Notes: generated from the letters alone by a model not told the origin. 64,000 bases of DNA from Raja brachyura (GCA_963514005.1 OY740792.1:67456001-67520000), one strand, 5' to 3'; numbered from the stretch's first letter, positions 12,855 through 25,232 are shown. Made by a program: numbers and translations.

Positions 12855-14069
12855 GCTGAGAGGGAAAGATAGATCATCCATGATTAAATAGCCGAGTAGA
12901 CTCGATGGGATGAATGAACTTACGACTGGTTGGGATCATGAAAATCCCTTGCGAAATTAAATCCCTTGAGTAGATGTAGGAGAAGAGGGAAATCTGGAGG
13001 GCAAAAAGAGGATAAAGTACTGCTTTGGCAAATAATGTCAAAGATCCTCCGAAGATAGTCGAAGTGTAATTAAGGGCCTAAGAGTAACTAGAGAGAAAAT
13101 AGGGCTCCTTATAGATCAACAAGGTCATCCATGTTGGAGCCACAGGAGATAAACAAGATGTTAAACCAAGAGTCAGCTATCAAAAGTGCTTAATTGTTAG
13201 ATGTACTGCATGGAACAACGGAACAATTAAATGCTTACTTGCTGGCAGCTTACCAGGTCCATAAATGCAACAGCACACCGATAACATAGAAGACAGAAAA
13301 ATAGTTGTAGGAGTAGGCTATTCCTCCCTTTGAGCCAGCACCGCCATTCAATATGATCATGGCTGATCATCTAAAATCAGTACCCCGTTCCTGCTTTTTC
13401 CCCCATATCCTATAGCCCACAAGAGTTAAATCTAACTCTCTCTTTAAAACATCCAGCGAATTGGCCTCCACTGCCTTCTGTGGCAGAGAATTCCACAGAT
13501 TCACCACTCTCTGGGTGAAAAAGTTCTTCCTCATCTCACTCCCAACCCCTTAAACCGTGACCTCTGGTTCTGGACCCAATTTCGGGAACATTTTTTCCTG
13601 CAACTAGCATTAGATTAGATTAGATTCTTTATTTGTCATTCAGACCTTTTGGTCTGAACGAAATTTTGTTCCCCTGAAGTCATGCATATAAAAAAAAATT
13701 TTAATGATAGAAACACACAATAAACACAAATTTAACATCCACAAATTTAGCATGTCCAAAAGAATTTTATAGTTTCTATAAGATCCCCTCTCATCCTAAA
13801 TACCAAAATAGTATTTCTAAATGCAAACCCAGTTGACCCATTCTTTCATCATATGTCAGTCCCGCCATTCCGGGAATTAACCTGGTGAACCCACACTGCA
13901 CTTAAGAGAGATAGAGCTCTAGGGGTTAGTGAAATCAAGGGATATGGGGAGAAGGCAGGCACGGGTTATTGATTGGGGACGATCAGCCATGATCGCAATA
14001 AATGGCGGTGCTGACTTGAAGGGCCGAATGGCCTCCTCCAGCACCTATTTTTTATGTTTCTATGTTTCC

Positions 14070-14490
14070 CTCCCTTGCTGTGTCTCTGTCTTTCGCTCTC
14101 TCCTTCCCTCCCTCCCTCCCTCCCTGTCTCTGTCTTTCACTCTCTCCTTCCCTCCCTCTCTGTCTTTCACTCTCTCCTTCCCTCCCTCTCTCCCCGTCTC
14201 TGTCTTTCACTCTCTCCTTCCCTCCCTCTCTCCCCGTCTCTGTCTTTCGCTCTCTTCTTCCCTCCCTCTCTCCCCGTCTCTGTCTTTCACTCTCCCCTTC
14301 CCTCCCTCTCTCCCTGTCTCTGTCATTCGCTCTCCCCTTCCCTCCCTCTCTCCCTGTCTCTGTCATTCACTCTCCCCTTCCCTCCCTCTCTCCCTGTCTC
14401 TGTCATTCACTCTCCCCTTCCCTCCCTCTCTCGCAGTGTCACTGTCTTTTTCTCTCTCCTTCCCTCGCTCGCTGTGCCTCTGTCTTTCGC
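14070..14490 (+). repeat. 40-bp pyrimidine-rich minisatellite
   Basis: Unit tgtctttcactctctccttccctccctctctccccgtctc, about 10 copies. Confidence 0.9.
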
Positions 14491-14939
14491 TGGAGTAACT
14501 CAGCGGGTCAGGCAGCATCTCTGGAGAGAAGGAATAGGTGACGTTTTGGGTCAAGACCTTTCTTCGGACATTCTACTGATCCAGCCTGACCTGCTGAGTT
14601 CTCCAGCATTTTATGTTTTGCTCTTTAAATACATTCGTGGTCCACTGAAGAAACAACACGATAGACCACTCTGGAAGTGCAAGTTTTGCTGTACACTTCA
14701 TACGGTAGAACATATCATAATACACCTGGAGTGATTTAATGGGGTTAAAAATTTTTTTAATTTGCTGTCTAGAATTAATCGGGTACCCACCCTGTGTACC
14801 TTATATCAGATTTAAATCGGAATTCCGATTTTTGTTATCCTATATGTCGAGTTTTAGTGCCCGATTATTTGGCAGCCAATCAACCGCTCTCCAAGGGGGT
14901 TGTGTCCAATCACCGACGAGCTTCTCTTAAAATTCCCAT

Positions 14940-15362
14940 CAGACAAAAATGCTGGAGAAACCCAGCGTGTGAGGCAGCATCTAAGGAGTGAAGGAAAGAG
15001 GCGACGTTTTGGGTCGAGACCCATCTTCAGACTGATGGAGGGTGGGAAGAAGAAAGGTAGAGGCGGAGACAGTGGGCTGAAGGAGAGCTGGGAAGCGGAG
15101 GAGAAAGCAGGGACTACCTGAAATTGGAGGTCAATTTTCATACCGCTGGGGTGTAAACAGCCCAAGCGAAATATGAGGTGCTGCTCCTCCAATTTATGGT
15201 GGGCCTCACTCTGGCCATGGAGGAGGCCCATGACAGAAAGGTTGGATTCAGAATGGGAGGGGGAGTTGAAGTGCTGAGCCACTGGGAGATCAGGTTGGTT
15301 ATTGCGAACTGAGTGTAGGTGTTGTGCGAAGCGATCGCCAAGCCTGCACTTGGTCTCACCGA
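14940..15362 (-). mobile_element. Penelope-like 3' fragment (GIY-YIG C-terminus + pseudo-LTR)
   Basis: GETKCRLGDRFAQHLHSVR...VAQHFN...LEEQHLIFRLG..HPSG, followed by a degenerate hammerhead-like motif at 15003-15030. Confidence 0.75.
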
Positions 15363-15734
15363 GGTTTATCATACGCTCAATAATCCAACCAGAATTTTGT
15401 TTGGAAGTGGAAAGAAATAATAGAAATTGCATTCATTGCAACGTTTAAAAAGAGATGAGATACTGTATTGTAATTTTGCTGCATGTCATTGTGGTGTAAA
15501 TCATGTCTTGATTGGTGAATACGTTTAATTTGTGACTTTATTTGAAGCAGAAATAACATGTGAAAGCTTCATTTACCATAATTCTGACTGGTAACTACGC
15601 ACTTCGTCCGAGCACATTATCGCACGTGTCATGCACGCCGTCTCAAATGACCACCTAAACTGTCTTTTGGCAACCTAAAAAGCTGCCTAGGTTGCCCAGC
15701 TGGCAACAGGGGAAAAAAGTTAAGTGAGAGCCCT
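15363..15734. mobile_element. Partial hAT-type MITE (one end aagttaagtgagagccctg)
   Basis: Terminus ...CCCTG typical of hAT TIRs; the same terminus recurs at about 19235-19252. Confidence 0.5.
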
Positions 15735-15743
15735 GGGAACCAG

Positions 15744-16570
15744 ATGCGAAAGACAGTGGTGGAAAATATAATTTCAAAACAATCTAAAATGTCTATTATG
15801 ATTAATGAATCTACTACTGTTAATGGGAAAACTGTTCTAGTAGTCTGCTTTAGTGAATGGTCCCAACCTATATCATTCTATTTTGACTTGGAACATATGA
15901 AACTTGGTGCAAATGCAAAATCTATATATGATGGGCTTCTAAGGTGCTTACAAAGAGGTGGTTTTTCAATACAGTATCTAAAAGAAAATGTGATATCACT
16001 TGTAACTGATGGTGCATCAGTAATGTTAGGATGAATTGTAGGGGTTGCAAAACTATTTCTTGATGATTTCCCTAATGCAACTGTTTGGCACTGTGCCAGT
16101 CACAGGCTTGAACTCAGTGGAGGTGATGCTATAAGTGAAGTTGCAGGTTTGGATCATTTTCAGATATTTTGTGATAAATTGTATTCCTTATATCATAGGT
16201 CTCCTAAAAATCAGGATGAGTTAACTGCATGCTCTGAGGCTCTTCACTGCCAACTGTTGAAAATTGGTCGTGTTTTCAATGTGAGATGGGTTGCTTTGTC
16301 TTACCGAACTGTAAAGGCAATGTGGCCGTCTTATAAAGCTATTTGGGAGCATTTTGGAAAAGCAAGCTGTGATGCTTCAAGATCTAGTGCAGAGAGAGCA
16401 AAGTACGAGGGGCTGGAAAAAGTATTAGAATCATCAGCTTTCATAAATAATTTGGGCTTGTGATGGACAGTTTGCTAGAATTGTCTGAACTGTCACTTGA
16501 ATTGCAGAATCGAAATTGTACACTTAGTAAATCACATGAGGAAATTAAACAAATTATCAAGGTTCTTGAA
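15744..16570 (+). pseudogene. Decayed hAT transposase (ZNF862/KIAA1586-like)
   Basis: SIMINESTT (first catalytic D decayed), LVTDGASVMLG, WHCASHRLEL (CxxH) and VRWV (RW) motifs; in-frame stops at 16032 and 16461. Confidence 0.8.
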
Positions 16571-17467
16571 TGTCAAATAGAGAAGCCATGAACTTAGTAC
16601 CCCAGTTCCTAAAACCCATTTCCATCACTGGAAACCGCACAGCTCCATATTCAGTGATGGTTTCTTCCCAGCTGTTATCAAGCAACTGAACCACCCAACC
16701 AACAACTGGAGAGCGGTCCTGAGATACTATCAAGTAATTCAAAAGAGATTTAGATAGAGCTCTTAGGGCTAACGGAATCAAGGGGTATGGGGAGAAGGTA
16801 GGAACGGGGTGCTGATTGTGGATGATCAGCCATGATCACATTGAATGACGGTGCTGGCTCGAAGGACCGAATGGCCTACTCCTTCACCTATTGTCTATGT
16901 ATCTATCTCATTAGAGGCCCTCGGACTATCTTTCATCAGACTTTGCTGGTCTTGCTCTTGCACTAAACGTTATTCACATTATTCCCTTTACCATGTATCT
17001 ACACACTGTAAATGGCTCGATGGTAATCATGTACTTTACACGTCTTTAGAGTGCGAGAGGAAACCAGAGCACACAGAGAAAATCCAGACGGAAACGGGGA
17101 GAATGTAAACTCCTTATAGACAGCGCCCATAGTAAGGTTCAAACCTGGGTCTGTTCACCTTCTCTCCCCTGCATTCTGACTCATTGTTACCCATTATTCA
17201 TCCAACAATGGTGGCGTCACAGGTACATGGATATGATAGAGGGATATGGGCCAAATGCAGGCAGATGGTACTAGTGTAGATGGAACATGTTGGTCAGCGG
17301 AGGCACGTTGGGCTAGAGGGCCTTTATCTACACTGTATGGCTCTAATAAATGTGAACGGAAAGATTGTAATGTGAGGAGGTTACTCATAATAACTCTCGC
17401 CTCATCAACGGTGAAGAACACCAAGACTGAAACACTTGCAACCACCCACACCCAGAAAGGAACTTAC

Positions 17468-17517
17468 CAGCAGTAACGAACAAGATGGAAAACACCAGAT
17501 GTTTGAAGTACATTATT
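17468..17517 (-). CDS. Signal-peptide (leader) exon of the B7-like gene; CDS 17513-17468
   Basis: Acceptor ttctatttcag, ATG at 17513, hydrophobic MYFKHLVFSILFVTA plus 1 nt, then the donor G|gtaagt. Phase 1 joins the IgV exon in frame as ...VTA-D-AFTTC. Confidence 0.75.
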
Positions 17518-18029
17518 CTGAAATAGAAGTAACAACTGGTTAGAATGGAGGAGAGCGAGCATTTAAAGTCAACTCGAATGATCACAAAAGCTTAAGAGTT
17601 CATTTCCCAAAGTGAGAGTGCTCCTGACCACCCATCTACCTCATTGGAGACCCTTGGACTATCTTTAATCAGACTTTAACTTGCAGTAAACATTAATCAC
17701 ATTATCCTGTATCTATACTCTGTGGGTGGCTTGAATATAATCATGTATAGTCTCCCACCTACAGTGTAGCATGCAACAGAAAAGCTTTTCACGACATGTG
17801 ACCATAATCTAAACTAATTAGTTCTGTTCATTTGACTATTTTTACTCTGTACATGCAGACAGATAAAGTCAATGAGGGGTCCCGACCCGATACGTCACCT
17901 ATCCATGTTGTTCAGTGATGTTGCCTGACCCGCTGAGTAACTCCAGCACTGTCAGTCTATCTTTGGAATGAATCAGCATCTGCTGTTATTAGATGAGTGT
18001 TGGTCTTGGCATCATGTTCCTGTGCTATC

Positions 18030-18690
18030 TTTTATTTGGATATATGCCTTCATCAGTCAGAATATTGTATAGAAGTTGGGAAGTCATGTTGCAGTTGTAT
18101 AAGATGTTGGTGAGACTGCATTTGGAGCTTTTTTTTTCCAGTTCTGGGCACCATATTATAGAATAGATGCTGTCAAGCTGGAATGGGTACAGAGAAGATT
18201 TATAAGGATGTTGCCAGGGCTAGAGGGTCTGAGCTTTAGGGAGAGGTTGAGTAGGCTGGGACTCTATTCCTTGGAGCACAGGAGGATGAGGGGTGATCTT
18301 ATAGAGGTGTATAAAATCATGAGAAAAAGGGGAGGTGCAATGAGATCTGGGTGTCCTTGTTTATCAGTAACTGAAAGTAAGCATGCAGGTACAGTAGGCA
18401 GTGAAGGAAGCTGATGGCATGTTGACCTTCGTAACAAGAGGAGTTGAGTACAGGAGAAAAGAGGTCCTTGTGTAGTTGTACAGGGCCCTAGTAAGACCAC
18501 ACCTGGAGTATTGTGTGTAATTTTGGTCTCCAAATTTGAGGAAGAACTTTCTTGCTATTGAGAGAGTGTAGCGTAGGTACACGAGGGTAATCAAAGTCAA
18601 AGTCAAAAATTCCCGGGATGGCGGGACTGTCATATGTTGAAAGAATGGAGCGACTTGGCTTGTATACACTGGAATTTAGAAGGATGAGAG
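18030..18690 (+). mobile_element. Two adjacent decayed CR1 RT fragments
   Basis: LPGLEGLSFRERLSRLGLYSLE..RMRGDLIEVYKI, followed by a second CR1-subfamily fragment. Confidence 0.7.
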
Positions 18691-18694
18691 CTCG

Positions 18695-19220
18695 GCCGCA
18701 GGAAATGCAACACTTGTCGCTTTACCTCCTACCTTGACTCCATCTAAGCACCCAAGCAGTCTTTCCAGGTGCAGCACCTGCACCTCCTCCAACCTCATTT
18801 ATTGCATCCGCTCCTCTAGGTGTCAGCTGCTCTACATCGGTGAGACAAAACATAGGCTTGGCGATTGCTTCGCCCAACACCTCCGCTCGGTTCGCAATAA
18901 CCACCAACCTGATCTCCCGGTGGCTCAGCACTTCAACTCCCCCTCCCATTCCGAATCCGACCTTTCTGACCTGGGCCTCCTCCATGGCCAGAGTGAGGAC
19001 CACCATAAATTGGTGAAGCAGCACCTTATATTTCACTTGGATAGTTTACACCCCAGCGGTATGAACATTGACTTCTCCAATTTCAGGAAGTTCCTGCTTT
19101 CTCCTTCTTTCCCCTCCCCTTCCCAGCTCTTCCACAGCCCACTGTCTCCGCCTCTTCCTTTCTCCTTCCCACCCTCCCCAACCCCGCATTAGTGTGAAGA
19201 AGGATCTCAACCCGAAACAG
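18695..19220 (+). mobile_element. Penelope-like GIY-YIG endonuclease remnant + pseudo-LTR
   Basis: TCTSSNLIYCIRSSRCQLLYIGETKHRLGDCFAQHLRSVR...HPSGMN (IY..YIG and N motifs). Confidence 0.8.
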
Positions 19221-19672
19221 CATCAGAGAAACAAAGTTAAGTGAGAGCCCTGCTGTTGGTTAACACAACTAGGCATCAATATCAAACGTAGACACAAAGT
19301 GCTAGAGTAACTCAGCTTCTTTTGAGAAAAGGAGTAGGTGGCATTTCGGGTCGAAAGCCTTCTTCAGACTGAATGTAGAGGGGGCGGGGTGGGCACAGCA
19401 AACAGATTGAGGGTGAGAAAAGGCTACAGTTTATCTTGCGTCCTGCCTTCCACCTCTAATTTCGATCTGAAGAAGGGTTCCAACTCAAAACCTATTCCTT
19501 TTCTCGAGTGATGCTGCCTGACCCGCTGAATTACTCCAGCATTTTGCGTCCATCTTCGGTGTAAACCAGCATTTGTATTTTCTTCCTACACAGCTGGCCA
19601 TTAATATTAATCCATCGTTATGGTGCCTGTGAAATATGAATATTCTCATGAAAAGTAATAAGAGACTACAGA

Positions 19673-19860
19673 GGGTTACACAAAAAGCTGGAGAAACTCA
19701 GCGGGTGCAGCAGCATCTAAGCAGCGAAGGAGATAGGCGACGTTTCGGGTTGAGACCCTTCTTCAGACTGAAGAAGGGTCTCGACCCGAAACGTCGCCAT
19801 CTCCTTCGCCCCTTAGATGCTGCTGCACCCGCTGAGTTTCTCCAGCTTTTTGTGTAACCC
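19673..19860. repeat. Inverted Penelope pseudo-LTR pair (~190-bp palindrome) with two hammerhead-like motifs
   Basis: gttacacaaaaagctggagaaactcagcggg...ccttcttcag followed by ctgaagaaggg...cccgctgagtttctccagctttttgtgtaac. Confidence 0.85.
19768..19795 (+). ncRNA. Minimal type-I hammerhead ribozyme-like motif
   Basis: CUGAAGA-A-GGGU(CUCG)ACCC-GAAA-CGUC: conserved core boxes, stem II and palindromic ACGU stem III. Stem I is poorly paired in this copy. Confidence 0.55.
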
Positions 19861-20404
19861 TCGATTCTCCAGCATCTGCAGTTCCTTCTTTAACACAAGA
19901 GACTACAGATGTTGGCACATTGAGCAAAACACAAACTGCTGGAGAACAAAATTGAGTCTACAGAAGGGTCCTGACCCAAAGTCACCTATCCACATTCTCT
20001 AGAGATGCTGCCTGACCCTCTGTGTTACTCCAGCACTTTGTGTCTCCTGTTGTAAACCAGCATCTGCAATTCCTTGTTTCTACAAATTGCTGGAGAAACT
20101 CAGTGAGTTTAGCTTAGTTTAGATATACAACGTGAAAACAGGCCCGAACACTAGTTCCATCATACACTGACAATTTATAGTAGCCAATTAACCTGCAAAC
20201 CTGCACTCTTTGGGATGTGGGAGGAAACCACAAGGAGAATGTGCAAGCGACTCAAAGAGAATGCAAACTCCTTAATGACAGTACCCAAGGTCAGGATTGA
20301 ACCCGGGTCTCTGGTGCTGTGAGGCAGGAACTCTACTGCTGTGCCACTCTCATGATCAGGTCAGTGGATAGACCAAAGGGCCTCATACCCATACAATCCA
20401 CATA

Positions 20405-21058
20405 ATGGAAAGGGTCAAGAGCTTCAAATTCCTGGGTGTGCACATCTCTGAAGATCTCTCCTGGTCCGAGAACACTGATGCAATCATAAAGAAAGCACAT
20501 CAGCGCCTCTACTTCCTGAGAAGATTACAGAGACTCGGTATGTCAAGGAGGACTCTCCCTAACTTCTACAGGTACACAGTAGTGAGCATGCTGACCGGTT
20601 GCATCGTGGCTTGGTTCGGCAATTTGAGCGTCCAGGAGCAGAAAAGACTACAAAAAGCAGTAAGCACTGCCCAGTCCATCATCAGTTCCTACCTCCCTAC
20701 CACCGAGGGGATCTATCGCAGTCGCTGCCTCAAAAAGGCTGTCCGCATCATCAAGGACCCACACCATCCTAGCCGCACACTCATCTCACCCCTACCTTCA
20801 GGTAGAAGGTACAGGAGCCTGAAGACTGCAACATCCAGGTTCAGAAACAGCTTTTTCCCCACAGCCATCAGGCTATTGAACTCAACTCAAACAAAACTTT
20901 GGACATTAATAGTCATGCATGTATATATTTATATAATGGTATATGGAACACTGATCTGTTCTGTATTCCTGCCTTCTATATTCTGTTGTGCTGAAGCAAC
21001 GCAAGAATTTAATTGTCCTATCTGGGACACATGACAATAAACTCTCTTGAATCTTGAA
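20405..21058 (+). mobile_element. Rex1/Babar LINE 3' fragment
   Basis: FKFLGVHISEDLSW...KKAHQRLYFLRRL...LPSGRRYRS...SFFP; aataaa and a (tcttga)n tail. Confidence 0.8.
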
Positions 21059-21132
21059 TAATTCCTTCCACCACCTAAAACAATGGTTTAAAAACTCTTA
21101 CAAAAGATAAAGAATGCTTGATGCAACTCAGC

Positions 21133-22128
21133 AGGAAATGGAAACTAAGGCAATTAAATTTCTGGTGGCGGAGGGGTCTTCAACATGAAATACTGTTGAG
21201 TTTCCAACATTTTCTGCTGATATTTTAGGTTTCCAGCATCCACGGTGTTTATTTAGGCCGAATATCCCTCGACGCCTTGCCTATCCCTATACGCCTTGAT
21301 CATTACTGTGCTACAATGATCAAAGGAACTTAGTAGACAGACCTGCAATCTTAACATAACAGATATAAAATATATATATTTACAAGTGGAGTTATAATTA
21401 CAAAACATTGACACGGAATACGTACATTTATGGAAAATCACCCCGAGCATCTGCAGATCTGTCCTAAACCTTTTCCCTCCAACTCCACTGTGAGGTGAGG
21501 AAGTTAAAATTGATACAGAATCAGGTCCGGCCCAATCGGATGCCAGATTGCCGGCCGCGTCACTAGTTGCGAGGCAGAGGCGAGATCGGCAGGTTGCAAA
21601 TAGGTGCGTTCATCCACCACTGCGCCTGCGTGCACCCGCTGCGACGCCGGCACTCCCCCTCCCCTTCCTAACCTTCCTTCCAATCCAGCCCTTGTGGACC
21701 GTCCCGTCCACAGGGCACCTCTCTGTGTCGGAGTGTTTGTATCATTTTAATAATCTTTTTCATTTGTAAAATAGTTATGTTGATGTTATACTTTTTAGAT
21801 TATTCGTTTAGTTGGTTGGTCAGAATTATCAAAACAGTATACTGAGGGATACATATAGATACATGTTGCTTTATTTTTAATACACTAATGTCTACAAGAT
21901 AAGCACATATTCGGTTTTGGTGCAGTCATTGCCGAACTGAAACCTAAAACACAATGACTTGAATATTCAAATATGTGAGGCTGGTAAGCTAGTGGAATTT
22001 ATCAAAAGGTTTATGTCATGAATCACATGCATTAATGTCAATGTATCCGTTGATTTCAGGGGTTTAGGTTAAAGTGATTTGTTGACCAAGTCCGTGAAAT
22101 GGAAACAGAAAGTCAGAGAAACGAAACT
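21133..22128. promoter_or_regulatory. Candidate promoter: CpG-rich segment flanked by ISRE-like motifs
   Basis: AGGAAATGGAAACT at 21133-21146; a CpG-rich, apparently non-repeat stretch at 21525-21730 with CCAAT and TGCGCCTGCG; a GAAA cluster GTGAAATGGAAACAGAAAGT...GAAACGAAACT at 22094-22128. Confidence 0.4.
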
Positions 22129-22580
22129 TAGTGGCGGTTCTCCACTAACGAAACTTAATAGGGAGATTCTTCGTGGTGGGTGTGGTACAATCTGCATCAG
22201 CAGGGTCTTGATCGTTTGGCAGGTGGGCTGAGGAATAGTTGATGGAATTTAATACAGAGAAAATGTGAGGTGTTGATAAGAGGACATCGTTTAGCAATGT
22301 TACACCATTTTGAGATTTAAAAAATCAAGTCTGCAGTTTATTCCATCAGATAAAGTAAAAGAAGAAGTTTAATTTGACACCTAATTCACTTTCACATCTT
22401 CAGTATTTAAAACGTTATGGCCATTTTCATACTAGTAAATTAACATCTTGTTCCCTATTGCTCTTCCATTGACTTAACTCAAAAGCTGTGATCGAGGACA
22501 GTCAAAAGCCCATCACTTTCTTAAAAATTAAGAGAGCTGAATGACATTTTCAGTTATTATAGATTGAAGCATTCTAAAAC

Positions 22581-23333
22581 ATGGTAAATGGTAGGGAATT
22601 GAAGAATACAGTTGAACAGAGGGATCTGGGAATAACCGTGCATAGTTCCTTGAAGGTGGAATCTCATATAGATAGGGTGGTAAAGAAAACTTTTGGTATG
22701 CTGGCCTTTATAAATCAGAGCATTGAGTATAGAAGCTGGGAAGTAATGTTAAAATTGTACAAGGCGTTGGTGAGACCAAATCTGGAGTATGGTGTACAAT
22801 TTTGGTCGCCCAATTATAGGAAGGATGTCAACAAAATAGAGAGGGTACAGAGGAGATTTACCAGAATGTTGCCTGGGTTTCAACAGCTAAGTTACAGAGA
22901 TAGGTTGAATAAGTTAGGTCTTTATTCTCTGGAGCGCAGAAGGTTAAGGGGGGACATGATAGAGGTCTTTAAAATGATGAGAGGGATAGACAGAGTTGAT
23001 GTGGACAAGCTTTTCTCTTTGAGAATAGGGAAGATTCAAACAAGAGGACATGACTTTAGAATTAAGGGACAGAAGTTTAGGGGTAACATGAGGGGGAACT
23101 TCTTTACTCAGAGAGTGGTAGCGGTGTGGAATGAGCTTCCAGTGGAAGTGGTGGCGGCAGGTTCGTTGGTATCATTTAAAAATAAATTGTATAGGCATAT
23201 GGATGAGAAGGGTATGGAGGGTTATGGTATGAGTGCAGGCAGGTGGGACTAAGGGAAAAAAGTTGTTCGGCACGGACTTGAAGGGCCGAGATGGCCTGTT
23301 TCCGTGCTGCAATTGTTATATGGTTATATGGTT
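22581..23333 (+). mobile_element. CR1 LINE 3' fragment (second subfamily)
   Basis: 223-aa open CR1 RT C-terminus and a (tggttata)n tail; it splits the transposon sequence aaaac|aaatatg. Confidence 0.85.
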
Positions 23334-23419
23334 AAATATGAAACAATCTTACTTGGATGACCTGAAATTCAAGCATATAATTAGTTAGTTACCTAATTGT
23401 AGCTAATTACAAAATTGAC

Positions 23420-24285
23420 CTATTATATGTACATAAATGTTCAATTAATGTAAGGCATAACTTAATTCAATTTTAAATTTTACATAGATGATATTACTCG
23501 AAAACGAGTTTGAATAAAATATTTCCAAACGTTTCCATTTGTGACAAATGTCTAACTCAAAATGCCACTATAGCACATTCCTTTGTCTCCTGTACAAAAC
23601 ATCATAAATTTCATGTAATTATGAAATTAAACTTCATAAGAACTTTTACAAAATAATTCAACACAAAATTGAACCCCAATACAGAACTGATTATCTTCGG
23701 TTCAATGGAAGAGGGACATAAATTAACTACGTTCCAAGAATCTCTCTTTAATGATGGTTTAATAACAGCAAAAAAACATATACTTAAATTTTGGAAAAAC
23801 GCATCTACGTCAACGTTTAAAATGTGGATTTCAAATATGTCGGAAACACTACATCTTGAAGAAATGAGATTCCTCCTACTAGACAAAGTAGACCAATTCT
23901 TAAAGATTTGGCCTCCTTTTATCGACTTCTTAAAAGCATATGGTGCAACATAACATAACCTTAGAAATTCAATGGTTCAGAACCGGGTGACTGATGGGTA
24001 AAGATATTAAATAGGTATATCTCTCCTAATTTATTTTCTTTCTATTTTCTCTTTTTTTTTCAATCTCTTTAGCTTCTTATCTCTGCTTTTTGTCTCTCTC
24101 GCTATTCGTTTCTACTCTCTTGTCTATCTATTTTGACACTCTTTATTTTCTTCTTTCTATCACTGCTCTTTTATTATTAAATTAAAAATAAGAAGTTGTA
24201 CAAGAATTGTAACGTGTATGTATGTATCAGGTACTTAGGTACCACGTTACTGTACTTCTAACAAAAATATATATTTTTAAAAAAT
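23420..24285 (+). mobile_element. L1 3' fragment (zinc-knuckle region, 3' UTR, poly(A))
   Basis: Homologous to 9080-9920 (CDKC...HSFVSC, AKKHILKFWK). A degenerate duplication acaaaattg(a)cc flanks both sides. Confidence 0.75.
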
Positions 24286-24455
24286 GACAAAATTGCCGTT
24301 GTGACAGAAATAGTAATAAACACCCTGACTGCTTTGAAAATTCAAAAATGTGATATTCTCAAGATCAGAACTTTAATATTATTGTATTATATGCTGTAAG
24401 TCCGTTAAAGATATGTAAATAATTTACAATTTCTAGCAAAAGACCAAGTCTTTAT

Positions 24456-25232
24456 AGAAACATAGAAAATAGGTGCAGGAGTAGGCCATTCGGCCCTTCG
24501 AGCCTGCACCGCCATTCAATGTGATCATGGCTGATCATCCAACTCAGTATCCCGTACCTGCCTTCTCTCCATACCCCCTGATCCCTTTAGCCACAAGTGC
24601 CACATCTAACGCCCTCTTAAATATAGCCAATGAACTGGCCTCAACTACCTTCTGTGGCAGAGAATTCCAGAGACTCACCACTCTCTGTGTAAAGAATGTT
24701 TTCCTCATTTCGGTCCTAAAGGAATTCCCCCTTATCCTTAGACTGTGACCCCTTGTTCTGGACTCCCCCAACATCGGGAACAATCTTCCAGCATCTAGCT
24801 TGTCCAACCCCTTAAGAATTTTGTAGGTTTCTATAAGATCCCCCCTCAATCTTCTAAATTCCATCGAGTACAAACCGAGTCTATCCAATCTTTCCTCATA
24901 TGAAAGTCCTGACATCCCAGGAATCAGTCTGGTGAATCTTCTCTGTACCCCCTCTATGGCAAGGATGTCTTTCCTCAGATTTGGAGACCAAAACTGTACG
25001 CAGTACTCCAGGTGTGGCCTCACCAAAACCCTGTACAACTGCAGTAGAACCTCCCTGCTCCTATACTCAAATCCTTTCGCTATGAATGCTAACATACCAT
25101 TTGCTTTCTTCACTGCCTGCTGCACCTGCATGCCTACTTTCAATGACTGGTGTACCATGACACCCAGGTCTCGTTGCATCTCCCCCTTACCTAATCTGCC
25201 ACCATTCAGATAATAGTCTACCCTCATGTTAT
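24456..25232 (-). mobile_element. Young CR1 3' fragment, nearly identical to 6744-7390
   Basis: Same peptide with one difference (GIRG vs GIMG), a (catagaaa) tail, and a short ttat duplication at the junctions. Confidence 0.9.

Noticed and set aside
15744-16570. Domesticated hAT gene (ZNF862/KIAA1586)
   Set aside because: In-frame stops, a decayed first catalytic Asp and truncation by other repeats indicate a dead transposon.
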